Positions 39,338 through 50,725 are shown, numbered from the stretch's first letter. The stretch: DNA of 64,000 nt from an uncultured candidate division Zixibacteria bacterium (GCA_963702205.1 OY969724.1:3808001-3872000), one strand, 5' to 3'. Numbers and translations are program-made. The notes: generated from the sequence alone by a model not told the origin.

Positions 39338-41370
39338 ATGAAAGCTCGCCGAAATCTATTTTCCGCACCGGCATTATATTCGCTCGGGACGGCGCTCATA
39401 CTAATTTTATTCCTGGCCGTCTGGCGCTGGATTCTCATGACTCTGGCCCACGGTACGACTCTCGGTATACCTTCGGGCATTTTATTCAAATCGTATCTGG
39501 TGGGCGTGCGTTTCGATTTTCGGGTGATCAGCATTATCTTGCTGCCGTTGTTTCTTCTCTCGACTCTGCCCGGTATTGATATCTCCCGCTCGAAGATCAC
39601 GCGCAGAATCGGCCTGGCTTATATTTCCGTAATGACGGCCTTCATGTTTCTGCTGCATATGGTTGAAATAGAGTTCTTCCTGTTTTTCAACACGCGCCTG
39701 AACGGGTCGGCTCTTATGTGGTTCGATACACCGGGCGATACCTTCGCCATGATATGGTCGAGCTACCCGGTGCTGCCGTACGTTCTTTTATATGTAACCC
39801 TGACCATCGCTTTCATTCTAACTGTCCGGGCCTATCTCGGCTGGGTCGTTCGCAGGATCGGGACGCTTTCGCTCCCGGTGAATCTGGCCTGGATTCCGAT
39901 CGTGCTGGTGGTTTTCGTTATGGGAGGCATCGGGCGAATATATAAAAACGCCCCGATGCGCTGGGGGATCGGTTACTTTTCCGAGTACAATTTCGCCAAC
40001 CAGCTTTCGCTCAATCCGACCGTGACGTTCATGCGCGATGTTTTCTACGACGCCCACAAGCGCGCACAGGTCAAGAAGCTGGTCGACCGATGGCATCAGG
40101 ACGGCGGCAAAGAGCTGGTCCGCACGATGCTGGACGCTCCGGCATCGCCGGACAGTGCCGGAGTATCGCAGAGGCTTTTGCGTCGCATTCATTTTGACAA
40201 ACAAAATCCCGATCCTCCCAATATCCTGCTCATAATGATGGAATCGTTCGGGTCGACCAAGATCGGGTGTCTGCTCAATGAATACCCGTACGATCTCTCC
40301 CCCGGTTTTGACTCGCTGGTGAAAAGCGGAATTCTTTTCACCCGCTTTTACACGTCGGCCACCCATACCGGCCCCGGGCTGTTCAATATCATGACCGGCA
40401 CTCCCCATATTTTCGCGAAGGTTATGTTCAAGCAGGTCGAGGGACATACCTCGTACAATGCTCTGCCGGAGATATTACGTCAGGTACCGGGTACCGGACG
40501 CTCTTTTTCACCACGCAGGATCCGCAATACGACAACATGCAGGGATTTTTGAGGGCCAACGGTATGATGGATATTTCGTCGGTCGAGGACTACGACGATT
40601 CCCTGGTGCTCAGCTGGCTGGGTGTCCCGGATCATGTCATGTTTGACTACGCCTACAATCGCCTTAAGAAGCTGGGGCACAGCGGCCAGAAATTTTTCGC
40701 GACCCTCCTTTCGACCTCCAATCATACGCCGTACGTTATCCCCGACGCTCCGTTTGAGCACGTCCCGGATTCGGAACCGCGCCACCGTGACCTCAATGCG
40801 ATGAAATATTCCGACTGGGCCATGACCCGGCTGGTGCGCAAGATCATGGCCGATCCCGATTTCGCCAATACGCTGATTCTGGTTACGGCCGACCAGGGCT
40901 TTAAATACGAGGCGACCAGCGAGCTGGACATCTCCATGTTGCAGGCCCCGCTATTCCTCTATAACACCGACGGGCACCTCCCGGCCGGAGTCCGGGACAA
41001 CCGGGTCGGCTGCCAGCTGGATTTCCTGCCAACCATTATGGGTCAGGTGCATCTTAATTACGATAATTATTCTTTCGGTAAGGACCTTCTCGATAGCCTC
41101 AGCCCGGTCGAAAATTATGCTTTCGCGACCAGTTGGTACAATATCGGGATCGTCGAGGATGACTATTTCTTCACGATGCATCTCGACAACGGCATCGGCT
41201 ACCTTTTCCGGCTGCCGGACAAGCAAACCGACCTGCTGTCCCAATATCCGAACCTCGCCGCCAGGATGAAACACGAGGCACTATCGATATACGAGACAGC
41301 CTTTTACGATCAGCAAATACCCATAAATCCCCATCATTATAAGACTATGGACCGGGTCGCGTCCAAATAA
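39338..41370 (+). pseudogene. LTA synthase / sulfatase-like membrane protein, frameshifted near 40485
   Basis: About 5 TM helices, PNILLIMMESFG, THT nucleophile region in frame 2; continues GYRTLFF...STSNHTPY...TADQG in frame 1. Confidence 0.75.
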
Positions 41371-41509
41371 TCAGTTGCCAAATCGACCCGAATCGCGTTT
41401 ATTTAATTAGTTATAAATTAAGCCCACGATTTACCGGCCGAAAATATACTTAGATTCAATCAGTTACGATTTATGCGGTAATGGCCGTAATTAATTGCAG
41501 GAGCGGTAC

Positions 41510-42991
41510 GTGCCAAAGACGAAATTAAGATATATAGCTTTCTTTGTATTTGCCTTTGCCGCAATCGGTTTTCTGTATACGCCACCGGCGTTCTCCCAGG
41601 GTTCGATTTTCGGTGCCGTTCAGAATGCGGATATATCGGTTCCGGCCAATGGTGAAGTCATATTTTTTGGATATATAAACGGAACCGACGAAGAAATTCG
41701 CACGGAATCCTCCATCGGCGCCGGTTACGATAGCGGCAACTGGTTCGACGATTTTCAGAACTATCTCAATGAATCGGCGGGTCAACCGTATCAATATCGT
41801 TTTTATAATACTGCCAATGGCGAAGGCTTTATCCTGGATGAGATCATCCCGAATAACTCTTTCCAGCAGGAAAACGCGGCCCTGGCTGCAGTAAGTTGGC
41901 CCCCGGAGGCAAGCAATCCTTACGCCCTGCCTATATCAGAAAGCAAAATACTGATTGGCTGGGATGCCCTCCCCGATCATACTTTTCACATATACCGCCG
42001 TCGGAATATGTCGGGAGGGTCGTTTTACCGAATAGATGATCCTTCGGGCCTGCTATCCGACCCCGGTGTCAGCACGAATTATTTTATCGACTCCAATTCC
42101 GACGGCATTAGTACTTATGATTACGTGATTGTCGCCGAGGATGCTTCAGGCGAGCTCGCCGCCCATTCGGCGATGGTGACGGTCAATGCCCCCGCATTGA
42201 CGGCACCGGTGATCGACAACATAACCCCGTCCGTGGGATATACCACGGGCGGTACGGCCGTGACTATTTCCGGTTCGGGCTTTGATCCCGATGGCGCGGT
42301 GGTGGCAGTCGGTGCGAATGATTTGACCTCGGTGACAGTCGTCTCACCATTTACGATAACGGGTGAAACACCGGCCGGCGTTACCGGGGCGGCCGACGTG
42401 TCCGTGACCAATACTGCATCGGGCCTGACTTCGAATATCATGGCCGATGGATATACTTATGTCAGCAATGACAATATACCGCCGGTTCTGTACGGAACCG
42501 ACAATAAAAACGGCCTTACCGGTCAACTGCTGGAATTTTTAGTGTCCTCGGTCGATGCCGATGGTGACCAGGTTAATATCGCGGGGCGTCATCTTCCCGA
42601 CGGTGCGGTGGTCACATACGACGGCTTTAATTCCACCAGCGGGCATTATGAGGCGACCTTCTCATGGACTCCCGATATTTCCCAGTCCGGAGTACACGAT
42701 ACGATCGAAATACTGGCGTACGATTTACTGGATACGACCGCGACAATCGTGCCGGTCAGGATTTTCGACAACGGCTACGTGTGCGGTGACGCCGACGGCA
42801 ACTGGGTCTACAATCTACTTGATATAATTTATCTGATCGGATACAAATACAACGATCCACCCGGCCCGGCTCCGGAGCCGCTGCTTACTGGCGACGCCAA
42901 TGGCGACGGGAGCGTCAATCTGCTCGACATTCTGTATATGATAAAGTTCCTGTACGATGATCCTCCCGGTCCGGAACCGGTCTGCCCGTAA
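41510..42991 (+). CDS. Secreted IPT/TIG + Ig-like + dockerin protein
   Basis: GGAG RBS + GTG; IPT motif GGTAVTISGSGF; dockerin GDANGDGSVNLLD. Confidence 0.8.
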   Translation: MPKTKLRYIAFFVFAFAAIGFLYTPPAFSQGSIFGAVQNADISVPANGEVIFFGYINGTDEEIRTESSIGAGYDSGNWFDDFQNYLNESAGQPYQYRFYNTANGEGFILDEIIPNNSFQQENAALAAVSWPPEASNPYALPISESKILIGWDALPDHTFHIYRRRNMSGGSFYRIDDPSGLLSDPGVSTNYFIDSNSDGISTYDYVIVAEDASGELAAHSAMVTVNAPALTAPVIDNITPSVGYTTGGTAVTISGSGFDPDGAVVAVGANDLTSVTVVSPFTITGETPAGVTGAADVSVTNTASGLTSNIMADGYTYVSNDNIPPVLYGTDNKNGLTGQLLEFLVSSVDADGDQVNIAGRHLPDGAVVTYDGFNSTSGHYEATFSWTPDISQSGVHDTIEILAYDLLDTTATIVPVRIFDNGYVCGDADGNWVYNLLDIIYLIGYKYNDPPGPAPEPLLTGDANGDGSVNLLDILYMIKFLYDDPPGPEPVCP

Positions 42992-43431
42992 CTTCGTTTG
43001 TACTGTCGGTTTAAATAATTCTTGATTTTATTAATTATTCCCTTATTTTTGCAATTTAATTACAATGATATATTCAAATGTTGTTTGAAAGGCCAAAAAT
43101 CTGTAGTTCATCTCCAAAAAGGCTAAGAGAGTCTTTATATAGCTTTTATTGCAGAAAAATTGAACCGGAATTCCAAATTAAACGCCAGATATGGGAAAGA
43201 TTGTTTGAATCCTACCCATTACCCAATAAAAGACAACTTTCAGGCAATTTTAAGAATAAAGATGACGAACATCATTTGGGGGCAGTCTTCGAACTGTATT
43301 TATACCACCTATTTAGACATTTGGGTTGCAGTGTATCTTGCGGGGAAAATAAAAGCGGAGGTCCAGATTATATAATTAGCCATCAAAATTGTGAAAAGTT
43401 CTATTTAGAAGCAACATGCCAATTAGGCGAC

Positions 43432-44749
43432 GGGAGTGTACGGAATTTTGTGTAAGCGGCCGGTTCATGTGTTTTCGATCCTTCCCTCGAAGACGATGCA
43501 GAAGTGATTAAGGGCCGCCACCCAGTCCTTGATCGGACGCTTCCATTTTTTCGAGATTCTTTGTATCGCCAGGTAGATCACCTTTCTGACTGATTCCACC
43601 GTCGGGAACGAGCCGCGATTCCGCGTCACCTTGCGCAACTGAGCATTCATCGACTCGATGGCGTTGGTCGTATAGATAACCTTTCGAATCTCTTTGGGGT
43701 AGCTAAAAAACGGGATGATGTTCATCCAGCAGGACCGCCATGAGCGGGCGATCTGCGGGAAACGGTCCCGGTATGTGGCCTCGAACGCCGTCAGGGCCTG
43801 CTCGGCGGCTTCTTCGTTGGGCGCCGAGTAGATCGTCTTGAGATCGGCCGCGACCGCCTTGCGCTCTTTCCAACCGACATACTTCAGCGAGTTGCGCACC
43901 ATGTGCACGAGACATAACTGCACCTGGGTCTGCGGAAAGGCCGTCTCAATCGCATCAGGGAACCCCGTCAGACCATCGACACAGGCAATCAGGATGTCCC
44001 GAACGCCCCGGTTCTTAAGCTCCGTCAGCACCGACAGCCAGAACTTCGAACCCTCCTGATCGCCGACCCACAAACCCAAGAGTTCCTTGTAACCCTCCGG
44101 CGTGATCCCCAAGGCCAAATAGACCGCCTGGTTTTTGACCTGGCCGCTCTGACGAAGCTTCAGGTGGATGGCGTCCAGATAGACGATCGGGTAGACCGCC
44201 TCCAGCGGCCGACTCTGCCACACCGTCACCTCCTGAAGCACGGCGTCCGTCACCGCCGAAATCAAGGCCGGGGAAACCTCCGACTGGTACATCTCCTCAA
44301 GATGACCCTGGATATCCCGCGTCGTCAAACCCCGAGCGTACAGCGCCAACACCTTGTCGTCGAAACCGGGCAGGCGCCGCTGGTGCTTTTTAACCAACTG
44401 CGGCTCGAACTCGCCGTTCCGGTCCCGCGGAATCTCCAGCGTAACATCTGCCGACCCGGTCTTGACCGTCTTGCTGGTTTTGCCGTTGCGAGAGTTGCCG
44501 CTGTTTTTGCCTTCGGGAGCATTGGGCGGATAGCCCAAGTGATGCGTCATCTCACCTGCGAGGGCGCGCTCATACACCCGTTTCGTGAGCGCCTGCAGAA
44601 GACCGCCCTCACCCACTATCTCTTCCGGCGTCTTGCCGGCGATCATCTCGTCGATCAGTTTGTCAGCTTCGTCACGTTTCTTGGCCATGATATACCTCCT
44701 TCAACTATATATACGTCATGGCCACTTACACAAAAATATTTACACGCGC
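43432..44749 (-). mobile_element. IS256-family insertion sequence, 1318 bp
   Basis: Imperfect 30-bp terminal IRs (GGGAGTGTACGGAATTTTGTGTAAGCGGCC / rc GCGCGTGTAAATATTTTTGTGTAAGTGGCC); 8-bp TSD TAGGCGAC at 43424-31 and 44750-57. Confidence 0.95.
43465..44688 (-). CDS. IS256 family transposase
   Basis: RNG...PRDR.GEFEP; DDE residues in YLDAI, VDGL, TTNAIES; GGAGG RBS. Confidence 0.95.
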   Translation of the reverse strand: MAKKRDEADKLIDEMIAGKTPEEIVGEGGLLQALTKRVYERALAGEMTHHLGYPPNAPEGKNSGNSRNGKTSKTVKTGSADVTLEIPRDRNGEFEPQLVKKHQRRLPGFDDKVLALYARGLTTRDIQGHLEEMYQSEVSPALISAVTDAVLQEVTVWQSRPLEAVYPIVYLDAIHLKLRQSGQVKNQAVYLALGITPEGYKELLGLWVGDQEGSKFWLSVLTELKNRGVRDILIACVDGLTGFPDAIETAFPQTQVQLCLVHMVRNSLKYVGWKERKAVAADLKTIYSAPNEEAAEQALTAFEATYRDRFPQIARSWRSCWMNIIPFFSYPKEIRKVIYTTNAIESMNAQLRKVTRNRGSFPTVESVRKVIYLAIQRISKKWKRPIKDWVAALNHFCIVFEGRIENT

Positions 44750-45571
44750 TAGGCGACCTAAAGAAAACAACAAGAGATAAATGGCGAGATGAAATAACCG
44801 ATTCAATAAATTCGATAAAATCACAAGAATTTTTATTAACCGCCAGATACTCCGGACGCCTTATATTCCAACCTAAGCCAAAAGACATTAAACGCAAAAT
44901 CGAAAACTGGTTAAACAAACTTGACTACATAACAATTTTTGAAAAATATAGGGGTATATATGACACAGAATTACTACCTAAAAATGTAATTGAACATAGG
45001 GGACTGCGGATAGAGCTTTTTGCTCGGCCCAAAGATAGAAGTTTATCCTGCGATAATGACAGGCTTATTAGTATTGGCCCCATTGAGGATGCAACACTTG
45101 TGAGGACTGCTTATCATGCGAGAGGAAAATTTAAAGAAAAAAGTAAACAATCAAAAAAGACAGATTTCCCATCATGCATTGCGCTTAATATATTGGATAA
45201 TATTTACGATGAAGAAGATATTCTGGATTCATTATTTGGCGATTGCCATTGGAATATTGACTTTTTAAACTCACAACCTATCAGTGCCAAAATTTATAGG
45301 GGCGACCAAGGCTTATGGATCCGAAATAAAAAACCTATTAACTCAGGTGAATTGGCCGCTATTTTTTTTAACAAATTAGATTTTCATTTGGAATTAAGGA
45401 CTCGACCTATGATTGTACTTAATCCATTTATTGAGCATAATAAATTCCCCCAAGACCTTCCTTTTTTCAAATATACAATTCCAACAAAGGACGGACTCAA
45501 AATACTTCCAATTGATAACAATGTCCAGACCGGCTTCGAATCAGAATGGCCTTATTGGCCCTATAAAATAG

Positions 45572-46558
45572 CTAACTCAGGGTAACAACGGCGGCACCGT
45601 TGAAACGTCCGTGGCGGAGATCATCGAGCGCTTCATTGACTTTTTCAAGTGGGTACACCTGCACTTCGGTTTTGACCGGAACCTCCGGCGCCAGCGCCAG
45701 AAATTCTTCACCGTCGCGGCGCGTCAGATTGGCCACAGATTTTACCGATCGCTCTTCCCAGAGAATCGAGTACGGAAATTGGGGGATGTCGCTCATGTAA
45801 ATCCCGGCGCAGACGACGACCCCGCCTTTCTTGATCGTTTTCAAAGCCTGCGGCACTAGCGGCCCGACCGGGGCGAAAATTATAGCAGCATCCGGAGGCT
45901 CGGGCGGCGTCTGCTCCGATGACCCGGCCCAGACGGCACCGAGTTTTTTGGAAAATTCCTGGCTGGCGGTATCTCCTTCGCGGGTGAAGGCGTACACCTC
46001 CCGACCTTCATAACGAGCCACCTGAATCAGTATGTGCGCCGCCGCCCCGAAACCGTAGAAACCGAGTCTTTGCGCCTGGCCGGTCATGCGGTACGATCGG
46101 TACCCGATCAGTCCGGCACACAGCAGCGGCGCGGCCTGAAGATCAGGATAGCCTTCGGGAATAGGAAAACAAAATCTTTCGTCGGCCGCGCAATATTCGG
46201 CAAAGCCGCCGTCGATTTGGTACCCCGTATAGCGGGCATGGTCGCAGAGGTTTTCCCTCGCGGAGCGGCAGAACTCGCATTCTCCACAGCTGTACCCCAG
46301 CCACGGAACACCGACCCGGTCGCCTTTTTTATACCGGCCTTTCGTTCGCGAAGCGTCTTCGACAATGCCGACAATCTGATGCCCCGGCACGAGCGGCAGT
46401 TTCGGTTCGGTCAGTTCACCGTCGACGACGTGCAAATCCGTGCGGCAGATACCGCAGGCGCGGACTTCAAGAAGCAGCTGGCCTTCCGTCGGGACCGGTT
46501 TCTCCATTTCAACCGCTTCGAGCGGCTGGCGTATATTTTTCAGCACCATTGCTTTCAT
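45572..46558 (-). CDS. Zinc-dependent alcohol dehydrogenase family protein
   Basis: CGICRTDLH, GHQIVG, CGECEFC...ENLC, GFYGFGAAA. Confidence 0.9.
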   Translation of the reverse strand: MKAMVLKNIRQPLEAVEMEKPVPTEGQLLLEVRACGICRTDLHVVDGELTEPKLPLVPGHQIVGIVEDASRTKGRYKKGDRVGVPWLGYSCGECEFCRSARENLCDHARYTGYQIDGGFAEYCAADERFCFPIPEGYPDLQAAPLLCAGLIGYRSYRMTGQAQRLGFYGFGAAAHILIQVARYEGREVYAFTREGDTASQEFSKKLGAVWAGSSEQTPPEPPDAAIIFAPVGPLVPQALKTIKKGGVVVCAGIYMSDIPQFPYSILWEERSVKSVANLTRRDGEEFLALAPEVPVKTEVQVYPLEKVNEALDDLRHGRFNGAAVVTLS

Positions 46559-46672
46559 CGGATCGCTCCGTATATCAATCAAGGATTTTATACACGTTAG
46601 ATAAGTTATGATCAAAAATCAAGAGCCGATTGCAGAGGCCAAATTCGTTGAATAATCACCGTGCAAAATACA

Positions 46673-46704
46673 AAGGCGGCCCTCCACAAGGCCGCCTTAT
46701 TTTT
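46673..46704. terminator. Terminator-like hairpin
   Basis: AAGGCGGCC...GGCCGCCTT after the beta-barrel gene stop. Confidence 0.55.
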
Positions 46705-46730
46705 CTCGGAGCCCCACTCGTTTGAATGTA

Positions 46731-48023
46731 CTACATGGTGAATTCGAGCCCGACTGTCGCGATCACGTCCGACCTCAGGCCGCCTTTGTTGGTCGGCAAT
46801 ATGATATTTCCGGTCAAAAGCATTTTCGGCGACGTCGAGTACTTAATACCGAACGATGCATTGGTGACGTTGTCGCTGGAGAATGACGGTATATTGGTCG
46901 CGTTTTCGGTTCGAGCTACGATCTGTCCCGAACTTATGGTCGGACCAATCGTGATCGGGGCGGGGAATTTTAATGCCCCCGGCTGGCTGCCCATCTGGAA
47001 CTGGCCAATCCATTCCACGGCGAACGTGATCCTGTCGCTGAGCTTCTGATCGTAGCCGGTGGTCAGCAAAAATTCATCGCGAAACAGGTCACCCGCCTTG
47101 AAGTTAAACCCGGTGTTTATATGCGGAGAAAAGGCGTTTCCTTTGGCCGAGGCAATAAAAAGCAATTTGAAACTGGATTTGCCCGTCCCACGGAAATTAT
47201 CTTCATCGCCCGTCGCTAATTTTAGCTCGGCCAGGCCGGCCAGGTCGTGCTTTTTGCCCTGATAAAAATTGTACTTGGTCCGGAGGATAACGTCGCCGAT
47301 GCCGAACGAACTGGCGTCGACCGGGGTCGGCGTTAAGGTCAGCACCGGGTCGGTGGGGGTGCCGGCGAAGAAATGGTTGGCCGATCCGGTCGAGGCGTAC
47401 GTGAAGGAGTTCATCTGTGCGAACGGGTCCGATTTGATGCTGACATTGACCAGCGGAATGGCAATGCCCACGTCCATGCGATCGCTGATGCCGTAGGTGG
47501 CGTAGGTGGCAATTACCGATGCATTGATGTCAAGGTGCATATCGAGATAAATTACGTCGTACTCGTTTATATTATCCCCCATACCGGGAGCATCGAGGTC
47601 CTGATGGAAAAAAGTAAAACGAATGTCTTTGGTTTTCAATCCGCGTATGGTCGACAGATTTAAAATCGAATAATTAAATCCGAAATTGAGTTTGCCCTTG
47701 CCGAGAGTGCTGGCCCGCTCGCCGAAAATCGGTCCGCTGCTGGTCTGGCTGGCCACCGGCACACCGGAGCTAAGGTCAAAGGTCAGACCGGCCGAGGTCG
47801 AACTCAACGGATACGATGACGCATTGGTGCCGATCAGGGCGGTGATGGCGCTGATGACGGTAGCGCTGGTGGCGACGTTACTGGGTTTGAAATGGTCACC
47901 GTGAGCGCCGGGACCGGCCAGCTTGACGTCGAGTACTTCGGTGAAGATGCCGTTGAGGTCGTCGGTAAGGGTTTCGGCCCTGACCGTTACGATCGAGGCA
48001 ACCGCCAGAAACAACAGTACCAA
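46731..48023 (-). CDS. Putative outer-membrane beta-barrel transporter; probable true start at 48051 is out of frame
   Basis: GPIFGERASTLGKGK, GIGDVILRTKY, LATGDEDNFRGTG, terminal GLEF; signal core LVLLFLAVASIVTVRA. Confidence 0.65.
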   Translation of the reverse strand: MVLLFLAVASIVTVRAETLTDDLNGIFTEVLDVKLAGPGAHGDHFKPSNVATSATVISAITALIGTNASSYPLSSTSAGLTFDLSSGVPVASQTSSGPIFGERASTLGKGKLNFGFNYSILNLSTIRGLKTKDIRFTFFHQDLDAPGMGDNINEYDVIYLDMHLDINASVIATYATYGISDRMDVGIAIPLVNVSIKSDPFAQMNSFTYASTGSANHFFAGTPTDPVLTLTPTPVDASSFGIGDVILRTKYNFYQGKKHDLAGLAELKLATGDEDNFRGTGKSSFKLLFIASAKGNAFSPHINTGFNFKAGDLFRDEFLLTTGYDQKLSDRITFAVEWIGQFQMGSQPGALKFPAPITIGPTISSGQIVARTENATNIPSFSSDNVTNASFGIKYSTSPKMLLTGNIILPTNKGGLRSDVIATVGLEFTM

Positions 48024-48069
48024 TCAGTACTTTAGTAGTGGGGTTCTTCATAAGATTTCTCCAGTTTAT

Positions 48070-50406
48070 TTATTGTATGGTTTCTCTATTTACTATAACC
48101 CAGTCGTTGGATTTTTCCGCAAGGCGGACGCGCCATTTGAAGCTCGGAAATTTTTCGCCGCCGGTGTCTTTGAAAACCATGCGTATGGACAGATCGGCCA
48201 GCGCGTCATCCGACTGCCGGGTAAGTTTGTCGATTTTCATCTCGACCGTGTAATCGGAGACGTTGCTGAACATGGTTGCCCAGTCTTTTTGTTCTTTGCT
48301 CGGAATACCGGGATAGACTTTCTTCAGGCTGTCGACACTTCGGTCCTGAAGCGCCATCCGCAGCCGGTCGATGGCCGCCTGAATGCCCTGTTCGCGGTCT
48401 ATTTCCTTTGCGGTCAGGGTCTGTAAATCTTTGATGGCGGACTTATAATCTTTTAGGGCACTTTCGAGGTTGCCATCGGCCTTTGACTGTTCGGCTTTGT
48501 CGACCAAAGCCAGCGCCGATTTGTACTGTTTATCATCACGCGCGGCGGACGGGATGCTGTCCCTAACCCTGCTGAGAACGTCGCTCAGGGTCCCAATCTG
48601 GTTAAGTTGATCAAAACTATCGAAGGTAAAAGAAACTTCGGCGGTTTTAGTTCCGGAGACATTAACCGTCTTCTGCTGCGATTGCCCGCTGTAACGCGCG
48701 TCTTTGACCACGACCGTGTGTTGACCGGGAGTGAGATTTATGGTACAGGGAGTGCTCTTGCCACCCTGCGGCTGACCGTCGACGATAACCTCGGCGCCAT
48801 CGGGGCGGGTCGTAATGCTCAATGCACCGGACGCGGTTTCGGCAAAGCTATACTCACGTCTCGTAGTCTGATCGGGATCAATTTCGACCGTATCTTCCCG
48901 GACAGCTCCGGATTCGTTATCGACAATGCGCAGGGCATAGCGTCCCGGCGAACTGGTCGCGGCGTAGTCAAGAGCGTCTTCCGACGCGAGAGCACCGTTG
49001 ACATAAATATCGGCCTTGCGGTCGGTGTAGACTCGCAGGGTTCCGTCGGCGACTTGCCGGGCTTTTTCAGATGGTGTCGATTGCACCGTAAACGAGGCGA
49101 TGGCCGACGGCGTTTTCTCGGTGGTATCCGTGCCAAAAGCCCAGACCCGCCAGTAATATTCGGGATGGTCGAATTTCTTTTTTGCTTTGTACGTCACGGC
49201 GGGCGTAATTTCCGACTCGACAATATTGTTGAACGACGAATCCAGGGCGTACTCAAAACGAAACTTTTTGACGTCATTGTCACCGGACGACCAACTGAAA
49301 GTCAGACGGCCGTCGGAGCTGACAGTCTCATTGTTGACCGGGAACTGCAATATCGGTCGGGCCGGGAGATGAGGCGACGGGCTTGGCACTTCCTTAGAGG
49401 TTTTGTTTCCGCCTGATTCAGAAGTCAATTTGCTCGATAAACCCATCAGGTTTTTCAAGGTCGGAAACGCGAAGTACGCCACTGCCGCCAAAACCAGCAG
49501 GACCGTCATTATCACCGGCACTTTCCTGCTTTTTTTCCTGTGGCTTTTTGACATCGGCGGTGGGGTCGGGGTGAGATTTTCCGGCTGCACCAATTCCTTA
49601 TCCAGCTCCGTTTGTATAGCGAGCCGCATCTCACGGGCCGAGGCAAACCGGTTTCCCGGCTCCTTTTCCATAGCCTTCATAATTATGCCATCGAGCTCTT
49701 CGGAAAGCTCCGGGACGACAAAGGCCGGCGACGGCGGCGTCTTGAAAAGTTTGGCGTCGCGCAGCGTGAATATATCGCTTTCCTTGAACGGCAGTTCGCC
49801 GCAAACCATTTCGTAAAGCGTGACACCGACGCTGTAAATGTCGGCCCGGGTATAGTCGGTCTGGTCGGATTTGCCGAACTGTTCGGGCGACATATAGGCC
49901 GGGGTGCCGCAATAGGCATCGACCATAGTCAGGCGCGGGTCGCCCTCGCTCTTGGCAATGCCGAAGTCGATAACCTTGACCCGGTCGGCTTTGTCGATCA
50001 TAACGTTGCCGGGTTTGATATCACGGTGAAAAATTCCCAGATCGTGAGCGAATTCCAACACGTCGAGAACGTCGAGGATAATGCTTATGGCTTCATTGAC
50101 AGGTATCTTACCGGCGGCTTTGATCTTCTGTTCCAGCGTCTCACCGTCGATGAAATCCATGGCGATGACAAAATCGTCGTCGTGCGTGAAAAAATCCCGG
50201 ATACGACATATTTTGGGATTGTTATCGAGAAGGGCCAGCTTGTCCGCCTCGTGGCGGAAACGCTCGGCCTGACGGTTGTCTGTAAGGATCTTAAGAATCA
50301 CCCTCAGATTAGGAATGTCTTTGTGCACGGCCAGATAAACTTTGGCCATGCCGCCCGATCCGATCTGCCTTAAGATTTTGTAATTGCCGATAAACCGATC
50401 ATTCAT
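48070..50406 (-). CDS. Membrane Ser/Thr protein kinase (Hanks type) with extracytoplasmic Ig-like and PEGA domains
   Basis: GSGGMAKV, HRDIKPGN, DFG, GTPAYMSPEQ; one TM; PEGA LSITTRPDGAEVIVDG. Confidence 0.92.
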   Translation of the reverse strand: MNDRFIGNYKILRQIGSGGMAKVYLAVHKDIPNLRVILKILTDNRQAERFRHEADKLALLDNNPKICRIRDFFTHDDDFVIAMDFIDGETLEQKIKAAGKIPVNEAISIILDVLDVLEFAHDLGIFHRDIKPGNVMIDKADRVKVIDFGIAKSEGDPRLTMVDAYCGTPAYMSPEQFGKSDQTDYTRADIYSVGVTLYEMVCGELPFKESDIFTLRDAKLFKTPPSPAFVVPELSEELDGIIMKAMEKEPGNRFASAREMRLAIQTELDKELVQPENLTPTPPPMSKSHRKKSRKVPVIMTVLLVLAAVAYFAFPTLKNLMGLSSKLTSESGGNKTSKEVPSPSPHLPARPILQFPVNNETVSSDGRLTFSWSSGDNDVKKFRFEYALDSSFNNIVESEITPAVTYKAKKKFDHPEYYWRVWAFGTDTTEKTPSAIASFTVQSTPSEKARQVADGTLRVYTDRKADIYVNGALASEDALDYAATSSPGRYALRIVDNESGAVREDTVEIDPDQTTRREYSFAETASGALSITTRPDGAEVIVDGQPQGGKSTPCTINLTPGQHTVVVKDARYSGQSQQKTVNVSGTKTAEVSFTFDSFDQLNQIGTLSDVLSRVRDSIPSAARDDKQYKSALALVDKAEQSKADGNLESALKDYKSAIKDLQTLTAKEIDREQGIQAAIDRLRMALQDRSVDSLKKVYPGIPSKEQKDWATMFSNVSDYTVEMKIDKLTRQSDDALADLSIRMVFKDTGGEKFPSFKWRVRLAEKSNDWVIVNRETIQ

Positions 50407-50725
50407 GATTCGGAAGTCCCGTCAGTGTTAAATACCGTCTCTTCTAATAATTTTAGACCAAAATATCCCGTTTCGGGATTTTGGATTATATAGGTCTGTG
50501 TTTACTTAAATACGCAAATGAAGTCGGAAAATGATAGAAATATATTAAGCCGGACGAAATCACTCCAAGGACGGTTCGGAACGGCCCATTATCCCATTTT
50601 TTTATGCATTATGGATAGATTTACCCGTCTTGATTCATTTTCTTCCAAATCTCCTCAGAATTTGTATTATATTTATGCGGTTGGGATAAACAAAGCAGGA
50701 TTAACCTCAATATGGCAGCAACAGC

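Larger units (their letters stand above)
43078..45585 (+). pseudogene. AT-rich 393-aa hypothetical (PD-(D/E)xK-like) gene interrupted by IS256
   Basis: Removing the IS and one TSD joins ...EATCQLGD to LKKTTRDKW... in frame (43078-43431 + 44758-45585). Confidence 0.85.

Noticed and set aside
44164..45585. 473-aa ORF as a real fusion gene
   Set aside because: The 5' part is antisense to the transposase; only 44758 onward belongs to the interrupted gene.
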